Source: Candidatus Pacearchaeota archaeon (GTDB taxonomy: Archaea; Nanobdellota; Nanobdellia; Pacearchaeales; DTIR01). Taken from it: a stretch of DNA of 60,000 nucleotides. The stretch covers positions 243,528 through 303,527 of the forward strand of contig JAGVXL010000001.1 in NCBI GenBank assembly GCA_018303805.1, given 5' to 3'. This document shows positions 1 to 9,101 of the stretch, one piece after another (position 1 is the stretch's first letter; each line of letters opens with the position of its first letter). The notes under the pieces are model-generated. The model did not search any database, was not told the DNA's origin, and worked only from the letters and a program-made list of their open reading frames with translations. The translations under genes and the position numbers were made by a program.

Positions 1-218
1 TTTTCTGCTTGAATTTTGCCTGCACAAACCTCTTTTCCCCCCATGGCACAGGAGCAGCATGTTGTCTGCACTTTCACGCAGTCAGCATCAGTTACGCATT
101 CAGCGGAGCCAGATTTATTCTGGTTAAAAGTCCTGTTTGAAAACACTGCCAGAACCACAACTAAAAACAGCGCAATAATCCCCGCCGCCTTAAACAAAAC
201 ACCCCTTTTCCAGCCCAT
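1..218 (-). CDS. Partial membrane-anchored Cys-rich protein, running off the window start (not in ORF track)
   Basis: Manual translation from ATG at 218: MGWKRGVLFKAAGIIALFLVVVLAVFSNRTFNQNKSGSAECVTDADCVKVQTTCCSCAMGGKEVC...; N-terminal TM followed by a Cys cluster. Confidence 0.7.
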   Translation of the reverse strand, partial: MGWKRGVLFKAAGIIALFLVVVLAVFSNRTFNQNKSGSAECVTDADCVKVQTTCCSCAMGGKEVCAGKIQAE

Positions 219-317
219 ATCCAAGAATATATCCCCATGTTAAAAAACCTTTCCCCAATGCAACTGCAAATATTTTTAAATCAGTGAAGATTAAAATTAA
301 TATACAAAAAGGGCAAA

Positions 318-1253
318 ATGGCAGGTTCAATTCTTAAAATAGAAAATTTGAAAAAGAGTTTCGGCAGGAAGGAAATCCTCAAGGGGATAAATCTAGATAT
401 AGGGGAAGGCGAGGTTTTCGGCATAATAGGCATGTCAGGCAGCGGCAAAAGTGTGTTTTTAAAAACAATAGTTAATTTCTGGAAGCCATCTGCGGGGAAG
501 GTTATGTATAAAAATGCTGACACGAAAAAGTTTGCATTCAGGAAGCACTTTGGATTTTCAACACAGGAATCATGCTTCTATCCTGAACTGAGTGTTGAAG
601 AAAACCTGATGCATTATGGCAGGCTTTATGGCTTAAAGGGGAAGGAAATTAAAGACAGGATAAAAAATCTGCTTGAGATGCTGAAACTTGAAAGCTGCGC
701 GAAACAGATTTCAGCAGAGCTTTCCGGAGGCATGCAAAAAAGGCTTGATATTGCATGCTCGTTAATACACAAGCCCAAACTTCTGCTGCTGGATGAGCCG
801 ACAGTTGAGCTTGACCCCATATTAAGAAGAGAAGTCATGAACTTAATTAGCAAGGTGAATAAAGAAGAGAAAGTCACAATTTTGATGGCTTCCCATCTGC
901 TAGGCGGTATAGAGGCAATGTGCAGCAATATTGCGATATTGCATGAAGGAAAGATAATCAAAACAGGCAACCCTAGCAGGATAAGGGAAGAATATGGGAA
1001 GAACGAGGAAATCCATATTAGGCTTGCATCTGGGAACTACAAGAAGGCTGAAAAGCAGCTTGAAAGCAAGAAAAGCAGTTTTGGCATAAACAAGATAATA
1101 ACCAATCACTTGCTTACAATTTACTGCAAAGATGCTGAAAAAATCCTGCAGCATATCTTGAGCATGCTAAAAAACATGAATGAAAAAATTGTGGAGTTGC
1201 ATGTAAGCAAGCCGAGTTTGACAGAAGTGTTCACTTCATTAATAAGAGAGTAG
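318..1253 (+). CDS. ABC transporter ATP-binding protein (export type)
   Basis: Walker A GMSGSGKS, signature LSGGMQKR, Walker B LLLLDEP, H-loop. Confidence 0.95.
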   Translation: MAGSILKIENLKKSFGRKEILKGINLDIGEGEVFGIIGMSGSGKSVFLKTIVNFWKPSAGKVMYKNADTKKFAFRKHFGFSTQESCFYPELSVEENLMHYGRLYGLKGKEIKDRIKNLLEMLKLESCAKQISAELSGGMQKRLDIACSLIHKPKLLLLDEPTVELDPILRREVMNLISKVNKEEKVTILMASHLLGGIEAMCSNIAILHEGKIIKTGNPSRIREEYGKNEEIHIRLASGNYKKAEKQLESKKSSFGINKIITNHLLTIYCKDAEKILQHILSMLKNMNEKIVELHVSKPSLTEVFTSLIRE

Positions 1254-1310
1254 AAAAAACAGCCGCTTAATGAAGCAAAAAGGGCAAAATAATAAATAAA
1301 AAAGAGGGAA

Positions 1311-2906
1311 TTGAAAATGAGGAATCTGATTGAGTTGATAAAGAAAGATTTTAAACTCCTGTTCAGAAATAAAAGCTCAACATTGATTTTTGTTTTAGGG
1401 CCATTGCTGATTGTCCTTATTCTCGGATTTGCCTTTAATAGCGCTGATTTATACGGCTTGAAGCTCGCGACATACTCTCAGCAATACAGCACATTAACCG
1501 ATGGCCTGCTTAACAAGCTATCAAGCCAATTTACAATAATCAAAACAGCAACCCAGCAGGCATGCATAAATGGGGTAAAGCTAAGCGAGTGGCATGTCTG
1601 CCTTGTTTTTCCAAATGGATTTGACATAAAAGGAAATAACAACATTGATTTCTACATAAACCCCACAAAGATGAATTTAGTGTATATCATAACAAATCTT
1701 ATCTCGGCGAAGGTGGGTGAGCAAACTACAGAGATAAGCAAGGAGCTGGTTGAAGCCCTATTGAAAAAAATGAGTTTTGTAAAAGATGAAGTTGATAAAA
1801 ACAAGGAGCTGCTTGCAAACATAAATGAAGCTACTGTAGACATAAAAGACAGGTCTTCAAGGCTGTATGATAAGTTTGCAGCCCTCAATATCTCTTTTAA
1901 TGAAACCGGCCTGAACACAACAGGAATTGAAGAACAGCTCAAGACCTTGAGGATTAATGCCGCAAAAATCGGCACTGCAAAAGAGAACATAAGTGATTCA
2001 GAAATAAAGTCAATAATCTCAAGCGCTTACACAAACGTAAGCAGCGAGATAACGATACTCACTTCATCCATAACTGACTTAAAGGATGCTGTGCAGTCAG
2101 CAAGAGACACTTTAAACAATGCTTCAAGCAGCCAGGTGATGGCAAAAACAAGCCTGGCAACGACACTGCTGCAGCTTGACAATTCTCTTAATGACATAAA
2201 TAACATGAGCAGCAGTTTTGCAGTCATGCAGGAACAATTGATAACTGGGCTGGATGCAAGCAAACTTGTCCAGCCAATCACAACAAGCATCAAGGAGGTT
2301 ACAACAGAGAAGCGTTATATCAGCTTTATATTTCCCATCCTGCTTGTAATGATGCTTATGTTCGGGGGAATTTTTTTCGGCTCAAGCCTTGTGATAAGCG
2401 AGAAAACCTCAAAGGCATATTTCCGCAATTTGATTGTCCCTGTGAGAAGGATAACCTTTATTCTATCAGCATATATAACAACGATGATTGTTCTTGCAGC
2501 AGAAGCAGGAATTGTTTTTGGTGCCGTGTATTTTTTTACAAAGTCGGCGATAAGGCCTGATTTGTTGGCAGCACTTGTGCTTATAGCAAGTGTTTTTACA
2601 TTCATAGGCTTGCTGATTGGCTATATTTCAAGGAACTCGGAAGTTGCCATGCTCCTCTCAATAGCGATTGTTGCCCTGCTGATGTTCTTCTCAAACTTAA
2701 TCCTGCCGATAGAAACCATTGCATACATGAAAGAAGTTGCAGTTTACAACCCCTTCACCATAGCATCCAACATAATCAAGGAGAGTATGCTCTTAAGCAT
2801 AGGCTACAAGGCACAACTCAAATATATAACAGTCCTATTCTCTTATCTTGCAATTGCTTTCATCTCAAGCCTGCTTGCGCAGAAACTCAGCAAAAGGCAT
2901 GTTTAA
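1311..2906 (+). CDS. ABC-2 type permease with large extracellular coiled-coil domain
   Basis: N-terminal TM, long helical region, several C-terminal TMs; follows the ABC ATPase. Confidence 0.85.
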   Translation: MKMRNLIELIKKDFKLLFRNKSSTLIFVLGPLLIVLILGFAFNSADLYGLKLATYSQQYSTLTDGLLNKLSSQFTIIKTATQQACINGVKLSEWHVCLVFPNGFDIKGNNNIDFYINPTKMNLVYIITNLISAKVGEQTTEISKELVEALLKKMSFVKDEVDKNKELLANINEATVDIKDRSSRLYDKFAALNISFNETGLNTTGIEEQLKTLRINAAKIGTAKENISDSEIKSIISSAYTNVSSEITILTSSITDLKDAVQSARDTLNNASSSQVMAKTSLATTLLQLDNSLNDINNMSSSFAVMQEQLITGLDASKLVQPITTSIKEVTTEKRYISFIFPILLVMMLMFGGIFFGSSLVISEKTSKAYFRNLIVPVRRITFILSAYITTMIVLAAEAGIVFGAVYFFTKSAIRPDLLAALVLIASVFTFIGLLIGYISRNSEVAMLLSIAIVALLMFFSNLILPIETIAYMKEVAVYNPFTIASNIIKESMLLSIGYKAQLKYITVLFSYLAIAFISSLLAQKLSKRHV

Positions 2907-3513
2907 GCGTTTTGGCACTCTTTCTTTTCCATTTCTTGTTTCTCAGGCATTTTATTATACTCTCTGAAACAAACAAGGGAGTTGAAGCACTTGCAATAAT
3001 CCCGATTTTTCTGGCTCCAACAGGGATTTTTTCAGCATCCTTGACTGCCTGAACAAGTTCAGCCCTGCAAAACTTCCTGCACACATCAACAAGATTGTTC
3101 GCATTTTTTGAAATGCTGCCCCCAACAACAAGAACCAAATCAGATTTTCCTGCAATTTCAGCAGCATTCTCCTGCCTTGATTCTGTCTCTGGGCACCTTG
3201 TTGGGATAAAAACAACATTCTCGGGGTTCTTGCATTTTCGCTTTATAACCGGCAAAATCTCATTTATCCTGTCAAGCGTTTGAGTTGTTTGGGTGAGCAC
3301 AACAGCTTTGGAAAGGCGGGGGATTTTCACTGCTTCTTTTATGCTGCCGACAATTATCGGCTTTTTTAAAAAACTGCAGATGTTCTTTGTTTCTGCATGT
3401 TTCTTGTCAGCGATAATAACAACCAGATAGCCTTTTTTTTCAAAACTCAAGGCAAGATTAAGCAGTTTCTTTACAAAAGGGCATATCAAATCTAAAAATT
3501 CTAAGTCTTTTTT
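2887..3513 (-). pseudogene. ispH: IspH (LytB)-like C-terminal two-thirds, lacking its N-terminus and start codon
   Basis: Motifs LDLICPFVKK, LTQTT, TRCPETESRQ and VVGGSISKN match IspH DATCP.V.K, QTT, TIC.AT..RQ and VVGG..SSN; the first Fe-S Cys region is absent. Confidence 0.75.
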
Positions 3514-3707
3514 TCTGATTCCATGTCTGGGATTGCTATTCTAACAATCTCGCAGCCAGCTTCCTCCAGCTGGCTAATCTGTTTGATTGTTTCTTCTGCA
3601 TTTCGTGTTCTTATATCGCACATTGACTGGACCCTAACAGGATTATTGCCGCCAAGAATAAGTTTCCCAACTCCAACCTCTTTTGTCCTTTTTCTCTTAA
3701 TCCGCAT
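3501..3707 (-). pseudogene. ispG: IspG (GcpE) N-terminal fragment of 68 aa
   Basis: RKRTKEVGVGKLILGGNNPVRVQSM...QISQLEEAGCEIVRIAIPD matches the IspG N-terminus; stops at GAA AAA AAG ACT TAG. Confidence 0.8.
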
Positions 3708-3803
3708 AATAATAAGCAGAATCAAAAATTTAAATAACTTGCTAAACAGCAAGTTAGCACTCTCAAGGAGAAAATTTAAATAGTTTTATAGGTTGGAATA
3801 GGA

Positions 3804-4661
3804 ATGGCTAAACAGATAGATATTGAAAAGCTTATAGAAATGCTTTATAACCAAGACAGCGATTTGGGTAAAGCAGCTAATGAAGGGGTGAATGAGGGCT
3901 TGTTCAGGGCAATGCATACAAAAGAAAGCGGGCTTGTTCATTATGTTGATGAAGCGAAAGTTGATAAGGCTATAAAATACATGCAGAAAAAAGGCCGTAG
4001 TGCTGCAGAAATCAAGCAGAAAATTTCAAGTGAAATTGCAAACGGACTGTATTTGAATACTGCTGGCAAAAAGGTTTTCTTGCGTGAGAGAACCGAGGAA
4101 AAAAAGGAGCATGGCTTGCTTTACAAGATTGAGCATCCAGTACAGACAATCAAAAGCTATCTTGCACCGAGACCTGTAGACAATATCCTGAGGGCGGCAG
4201 GTAAATTCTATGACATATTAAAAATGGGCGGGGATTTTGCGTCTGAAAAATTTAAGAACGCTGTTATAAAACTTAACCAGTATGATTTTCTGCACCCTAT
4301 ATTGCAGATAGCAAAAGAGGAAAAATTAAAGGGGATTAACTATAACCAAACGCTAAAGAGTATAAACGAGAATATCAAAAAGTATGGGAAGGATATGACA
4401 GAGGGCATTAAAGAGATGGCCAAAGAATATGTTCCAGCCAAGGTTACAGCATCAATCCTCCTCATAGCATCATTCCTTATGCTTGGCTTTTCTGCATCAA
4501 ACCTGACAGGATTTGCAATAGCTGGAAACAAGATTCCTTCAGGGTATCCTATCGGCGCGGGATTTGTCCTTCTCGCCATCGCATTCTGCCTGTCTTTCTT
4601 CAAGAGAAAGCCAAAAAAACAAAAGGGAAAGGCAGGAAAAATTAAGGGAAAAAGCAAGTAG
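3804..4661 (+). CDS. Hypothetical protein with two C-terminal TM helices around a TGFAI motif and a basic tail
   Basis: Long ORF; TATA 29 nt upstream; hydrophobic C-terminal segments. Confidence 0.75.
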   Translation: MAKQIDIEKLIEMLYNQDSDLGKAANEGVNEGLFRAMHTKESGLVHYVDEAKVDKAIKYMQKKGRSAAEIKQKISSEIANGLYLNTAGKKVFLRERTEEKKEHGLLYKIEHPVQTIKSYLAPRPVDNILRAAGKFYDILKMGGDFASEKFKNAVIKLNQYDFLHPILQIAKEEKLKGINYNQTLKSINENIKKYGKDMTEGIKEMAKEYVPAKVTASILLIASFLMLGFSASNLTGFAIAGNKIPSGYPIGAGFVLLAIAFCLSFFKRKPKKQKGKAGKIKGKSK

Positions 4662-4713
4662 AAGAAAATAAGCAATAACAAACTTTATAAAACTTCTTTT
4701 TTTACTCCTTGAC

Positions 4714-5433
4714 ATGATAATGAAGCTGCTTGTTGACGCCGGTGACATGAAACCAAATCCTGCAATTAGCCAGAAAATCGGGCCTTTGGGCCTGAACCTT
4801 GGCAAGATAATACAGGATGTGAACAAGGCAACTTCAGAGTTTAAGGGAATAAAGGTTCCTGTTGCATTAGACATAGACACAAAAACTAAAACCTTCAAAG
4901 TGGAGGTTTCAACACCCCCGACTTCTGAACTGCTTAAGAAAGAGTTTGGCTTGGAAAAAGGTTCTGGTGAGCCAAACAATATTAAGGTTGCCAATGCAGC
5001 CATTGAGCAGGTTATTTCAATTGCAAAGACAAAGCAGCAGGCATTGCTCACAGAGGATTTCAAGAAGGCAGTAAAAAATGTTTTAGGAACTTGCGTCAGC
5101 TTGGGCATTCTCGTTGAAAACAAGAATGCCAAGGATGCCTGCAAGGAAGTTGATGAAGGCAAGTATGATGAAGCTATAAAACAGCAAAAAACTCAGGTTA
5201 GCCCTGAAAAAAAATCCGAGCTTGAGAGCCATTTCGCAAAAGTCAAGGCCAAGCAGGATGAGATGCTGAAGAAGAAGGCAGAAGAGGAAGCAGCAAAGGC
5301 AGCTGCAGCTGCCCCAGCAGCAGGAGCAACTCCGGCAGCAGGAACAGCAACTGCAGCAGGGGCGGGGGCTTCAGTAGCAGGGACAAAAACAGAGGCAAAG
5401 GCAGAAGCTAAGCCTGCAAAAGCAGGAAAGTAA
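4714..5433 (+). CDS. rpl11: 50S ribosomal protein L11 with Ala/Lys-rich C-terminal extension
   Basis: P.PAISQKIGPLGLN, FKGIKVPV, TPPTSELLKKE, VLGTCVSLG. Confidence 0.95.
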   Translation: MIMKLLVDAGDMKPNPAISQKIGPLGLNLGKIIQDVNKATSEFKGIKVPVALDIDTKTKTFKVEVSTPPTSELLKKEFGLEKGSGEPNNIKVANAAIEQVISIAKTKQQALLTEDFKKAVKNVLGTCVSLGILVENKNAKDACKEVDEGKYDEAIKQQKTQVSPEKKSELESHFAKVKAKQDEMLKKKAEEEAAKAAAAAPAAGATPAAGTATAAGAGASVAGTKTEAKAEAKPAKAGK

Positions 5434-5585
5434 AAACCTGGATGAGAGCCAAAAATCCACATAAAAATAACAAAACCTGCAAAAAATAACCCTATATAAT
5501 AATAGTAATATTAAATCAGTTTAAACTCATTAAAATTCAAGGGCTTAACAAAATTTTATAAACCGCTTGCCTCTAATCAAAAAGA

Positions 5586-5659
5586 GGGGCTGTGGGATAG
5601 TCTGGTTAGCCTTCGAGCTTTGGGAGCTTGCGACCCCAGTTCAAATCTGGGCAGCCCCA
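5586..5659 (+). tRNA. tRNA-Pro(TGG)
   Basis: Acceptor GGGGCTG/CAGCCCC-A; anticodon arm CGAGC-TTTGGGA-GCTTG; T-loop GTTCAAATC. Confidence 0.95.
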
Positions 5660-5794
5660 TCGAGGAGTTTCGCTCTGCTAACATAGGAGATATCAATAAC
5701 CAGAGCGTAACTCCGAGTAGCATTTTGGTTTGCTAAAATAGGAAATAGCAATAACAAATCAAAATGCGAGACCCATTCATAATCAATTTAAAAC

Positions 5795-6007
5795 ATGTCA
5801 AAAAGAAACAAAGTAGGCTCTGCAGGGAGATTCCGCGCAGGATACGGAAGGAAAGTAAGGGAAAAAGTATGGAAGGTTGAAAAGATACAGAAGCAAAAGC
5901 AATTATGCCGCTGCTGCGGAAAGCCAAAAGCGAAAAGGCTTTCTAAAGGATTATGGGAATGCAAGGCATGCAATAAAAAATTCACAAGCCATGCCTATCA
6001 CACTTAA
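5795..6007 (+). CDS. rpl37ae: 50S ribosomal protein L37Ae
   Basis: KVGSAGRF..GYG and a Cys zinc ribbon ending WECKAC. Confidence 0.92.
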   Translation: MSKRNKVGSAGRFRAGYGRKVREKVWKVEKIQKQKQLCRCCGKPKAKRLSKGLWECKACNKKFTSHAYHT

Positions 6008-6127
6008 AAACAATCAAAAAAGGCACTAACAGTAAATTTTTAAATCATAATCAAGTAATAAAAACACCTTTAGAAACAGAGGAAATCAGGCAAGGCTTAC
6101 CGAGGTGAGAATTACGGGATTTCCTAC

Positions 6128-6212
6128 AGGGAAAATCTATAGATTTTCCATGCCCCAAAAACCGAAAGGTTTTTGCGGTGCCCCGAAAATCTCTCAAGAT
6201 TTTCGCGGGGGT
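6128..6212. repeat. Cluster of REP-like hairpins
   Basis: GGAAAATCTA/TAGATTTTCC; CAAAAACC-GAAA-GGTTTTTG; CGAAAATCT-CTCA-AGATTTTCG; related to the elements at 8252 and 26587. Confidence 0.75.
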
Positions 6213-6228
6213 GTAACCAAAAAGAAAG

Positions 6229-6366
6229 ATGGCAAATTACAAATGTTTTTTTTGCAGCAGGCAAATCTCCAGCAAGAGCCTCGAGAAAAGGTTTGTATGC
6301 CCAAGCTGCGGCAGCAGGGTTTTCTTCAAGCCAAGGGGCGCTGTAAAAAAGGTTAAGGCTGTGTAA
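6229..6366 (+). CDS. rpoP: DNA-directed RNA polymerase subunit P/Rpo12 (not in ORF track)
   Basis: Manual translation MANYKCFFCSRQISSKSLEKRFVCPSCGSRVFFKPRGAVKKVKAV; conserved rpl37ae-rpoP-pfdB order. Confidence 0.92.
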   Translation: MANYKCFFCSRQISSKSLEKRFVCPSCGSRVFFKPRGAVKKVKAV

Positions 6367-6420
6367 AGATGGAAAAGGGAATTGGGGGAATAAAATATTC
6401 AAAAACAAATAAGGTAGAAA

Positions 6421-6759
6421 ATGCCAACAAAACAGATTGATGAGGAAACTGGCAGGCAGATTCAGGAACTGCAATTGTTAGAGCAGAACCTGCAGAATTT
6501 TCTTCTGCAAAAGCAGGCATTCGTGTTTGAAAAGAACGAAACAGAAAATGCGCTTGAAGAAATAAAGAAAACAGATGAAGACGTCTACAAGATAATAGGG
6601 CAGGTAATGCTGAAATCAAAAAAGGCAGCGGTTGAGAAGGAATTGCAGCACAAAAAGGACATACTTGAGCTCAGAGTCAAGGCAATAGAAAGGCAGGAAG
6701 AGCAGATAAAAGAGCAGCTCATAAAAAAAAGAGACGAAGTAATGAAAAAACTGAAGTAA
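6421..6759 (+). CDS. pfdB: Prefoldin beta subunit
   Basis: Coiled coil, then ALEEI..VYKIIGQVML, then coiled coil; gene context. Confidence 0.92.
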   Translation: MPTKQIDEETGRQIQELQLLEQNLQNFLLQKQAFVFEKNETENALEEIKKTDEDVYKIIGQVMLKSKKAAVEKELQHKKDILELRVKAIERQEEQIKEQLIKKRDEVMKKLK

Positions 6760-6846
6760 TGGCCAGAACCGTTAATAAAACCAGAAAAATGCCTGAAAAG
6801 TATTCATAACAGAAAAGTTTATAAATATCTTGTTGATTAAAACAAT

Positions 6847-7242
6847 ATGGTGATTAAAAAAATAAAAGAGGGCTTGTCTAGGGTTTTTGCCAGGGGAAAG
6901 GAGCCTGTTGAGGATTATATTGAAATTGATTTAGGAAGAGACGCGATAAGAAAGTCAAAGATACTAATCAGGCCTTTTGTTCTGAAGGTTTTTGAGGACA
7001 TCAATCCTATTCTTAACACATTAAGAGAGGGCTATACAATTGCAGTCATAGATATCAAGCATCTTAAGAGCAAGGATATTGTTGAGCTTAAGCGCGCAAT
7101 TGCAAAGCTCAAGAAAACAGCTGATGCCCTTGAAGGCAGTATTGCAGGATTTGGCGAAAACACAGTCATTGCCGCGCCAAGCTTCGCTGAAATCTACAAG
7201 GGCGAGACGCTCAAGTCTGTTGAATCTGTAGAAAGAAGGTAG
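6847..7242 (+). CDS. sepF: Cell division protein SepF
   Basis: EDYIEIDL, LREGYTIAVIDI..L, ELKRAIAKLK, GSIAG. Confidence 0.88.
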   Translation: MVIKKIKEGLSRVFARGKEPVEDYIEIDLGRDAIRKSKILIRPFVLKVFEDINPILNTLREGYTIAVIDIKHLKSKDIVELKRAIAKLKKTADALEGSIAGFGENTVIAAPSFAEIYKGETLKSVESVERR

Positions 7243-7444
7243 ATTCCTTTAAAAATGGGCGGTAGTAGTGGCGGTATATAATTTTCAAGGAAATTCTTCT
7301 ATAAGATTAAATAAATACTTTCTTGATGGATATTTCTAAGCAAGGGGGGGGTACATTCCTAAAAGAATAAATTAATAGGATAAATATTCCTATTAGAATA
7401 GAAATGTCAGGAAAATATATATAGAAGCTGCCATTTAAGTATAA

Positions 7445-8182
7445 ATGGCAGAAAAAATAAGCAAGGTTTCATTGGATGGAATTTTAGAATTGAAAGAAAA
7501 AGGCAAGAGGTTATACAAGATAGAAGAGCTACAAAAACCATTTGAAGATAAAGACATCAAAATTAAAGCCATAGTAAACAGCAAAAACAAGATTTATTTT
7601 TATGAAGATAAATTTTGGTTTTATGGTTATGAAAGAGATAATAAAATTAGGTTTGATTCAGATGACCACCCTTACTTTAATGCATATTTTGGGCAAAAGC
7701 CACAGAATTCATTTAAGTTATATGATGGCTACTTTCTTGGCCGTTACGGATGCGGAGGTTCTCATAGGGGGGTAGGAATTATAGAAAGGGTATACAATCT
7801 TATCACCGCATCTAATAGCAGACGCCATAAGGAACTTTTGGATGAATTTGATTCTTTTTATGATAACATCAAAGATAATGAAGTTTATGAACTTAAAGAA
7901 GAGTTTGGATTATGCAATATAAACCCAAAAAAGATACTGGAATCTAAGACAACCTCCCTTCCACTATGCGAAAAAGAAAAAAAGTTTATTATAGCATTTG
8001 GAAATTGGTATGGGCAATTTATAAACAAAAATGGAGAATATAATCGGAAAATAAAAGTGGTAAGGAAAAAAGAACACGAAACAGCTTTCAAAAAATATAT
8101 CCAAGAAACAATTAAGAAACTTGAGATTAATGGTTTTAAAAAATGTGAGAAATATTGCAAGCAAAAAATTCTAATGCCTTGA
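7445..8182 (+). CDS. Hypothetical protein, AT-rich and probably acquired
   Basis: 245-aa ORF with upstream TATA; no motif recognised. Confidence 0.7.
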   Translation: MAEKISKVSLDGILELKEKGKRLYKIEELQKPFEDKDIKIKAIVNSKNKIYFYEDKFWFYGYERDNKIRFDSDDHPYFNAYFGQKPQNSFKLYDGYFLGRYGCGGSHRGVGIIERVYNLITASNSRRHKELLDEFDSFYDNIKDNEVYELKEEFGLCNINPKKILESKTTSLPLCEKEKKFIIAFGNWYGQFINKNGEYNRKIKVVRKKEHETAFKKYIQETIKKLEINGFKKCEKYCKQKILMP

Positions 8183-8251
8183 ACAGTTAATCTTAAAAAT
8201 CTATTTCTGTTTTGTTTGTTATGGAAAGAGTGGTTGCTGAAGGTATCGGAA

Positions 8252-8301
8252 CCAAGAAAAGCAAAGCTTTTCTGGTCCAGAAAATCTCAAGATTTTCTTG
8301 G
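8252..8301. mobile_element. 50-bp double-hairpin element with terminal inverted repeats CCAAGAAAA/TTTTCTTGG
   Basis: Removing it recreates AAGGTATCGGAAAACC, identical to 59625-59640. Confidence 0.65.
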
Positions 8302-9011
8302 AACCGCTGGAGTTTCTAATTATGGAGTTCATGTTTATAGAAGCCAGAAAGATATTTTCTCAGGAAGAGATTGAACAAGTTAAACAGGCAGTGAAAAATT
8401 TTGCAAAAAACAACCCTAAAATCAGAAGAATTGGCATGGCTGCATCATTGCAGTATCTCGGCTTGCTGCCAATAATCGGGGAAGAACTGGAAAAAAACAA
8501 AATTAGCGCAGTAACCAGCAGGGGCAATCTGGCGAAACATGAGGCACAAATTCTCGGCTGTGACATAAATGCAACGAAGAACATAGAAAAAAAGGTTCAG
8601 GCATTTCTGCTTGCAAGCAATGGAAAATTTCATGCATTGCAGCTTGCAAATTCAACAAGCAAGCCAATATTTATCCTATCTGGCGGCATTATAGCAAAAA
8701 TAAGCAAGGAAGAAATTGAAAGTATGAGGAAAAAAAGGCTTGGAGCAATAAAAAATTTCCTTGCAAGCAAAGAAATCGGGATAATTGTCTCAACAAAGCC
8801 AGGACAGAACAAGATTAAAGATGTTAAAAAAATCAAGGAAATGCTTGAAAAGCAAGGGAAAAAGGCATTCCTTTTCATAGCAGACACCATTGATATAAAC
8901 GAGCTTGAGAATTTTTCATGTGAGGCATGGATAAACACGGCATGCCCTGCACTTATCTTGGATTCAACGAAAATCGTGAACTGGAATGAGGTTGAAAAAT
9001 TTTTCAGATGA
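8298..9011 (+). CDS. dph2: Diphthamide synthesis protein Dph2, short form; true start probably a downstream Met
   Basis: SLQY, AQILGCD, GKFH, GIIVSTKPGQ, INTACP. Confidence 0.88.
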   Translation: MEPLEFLIMEFMFIEARKIFSQEEIEQVKQAVKNFAKNNPKIRRIGMAASLQYLGLLPIIGEELEKNKISAVTSRGNLAKHEAQILGCDINATKNIEKKVQAFLLASNGKFHALQLANSTSKPIFILSGGIIAKISKEEIESMRKKRLGAIKNFLASKEIGIIVSTKPGQNKIKDVKKIKEMLEKQGKKAFLFIADTIDINELENFSCEAWINTACPALILDSTKIVNWNEVEKFFR

Positions 9012-9101
9012 AAAATTTTTAAAGAGTAAAGCTAAGGCAGTTTCAAGAAATCCAAAAAAGGAAATATTTATAAATAGTAACAACTGTAAAATAACAACAC
9101 T

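Noticed and set aside
16-243. 75-aa plus-strand ORF
   Set aside because: Shadow of the more protein-like minus-strand TM/Cys-rich frame.
6105-6356. 83-aa plus-strand ORF in the track
   Set aside because: It reads through hairpin repeats and overlaps the real rpoP in another frame.
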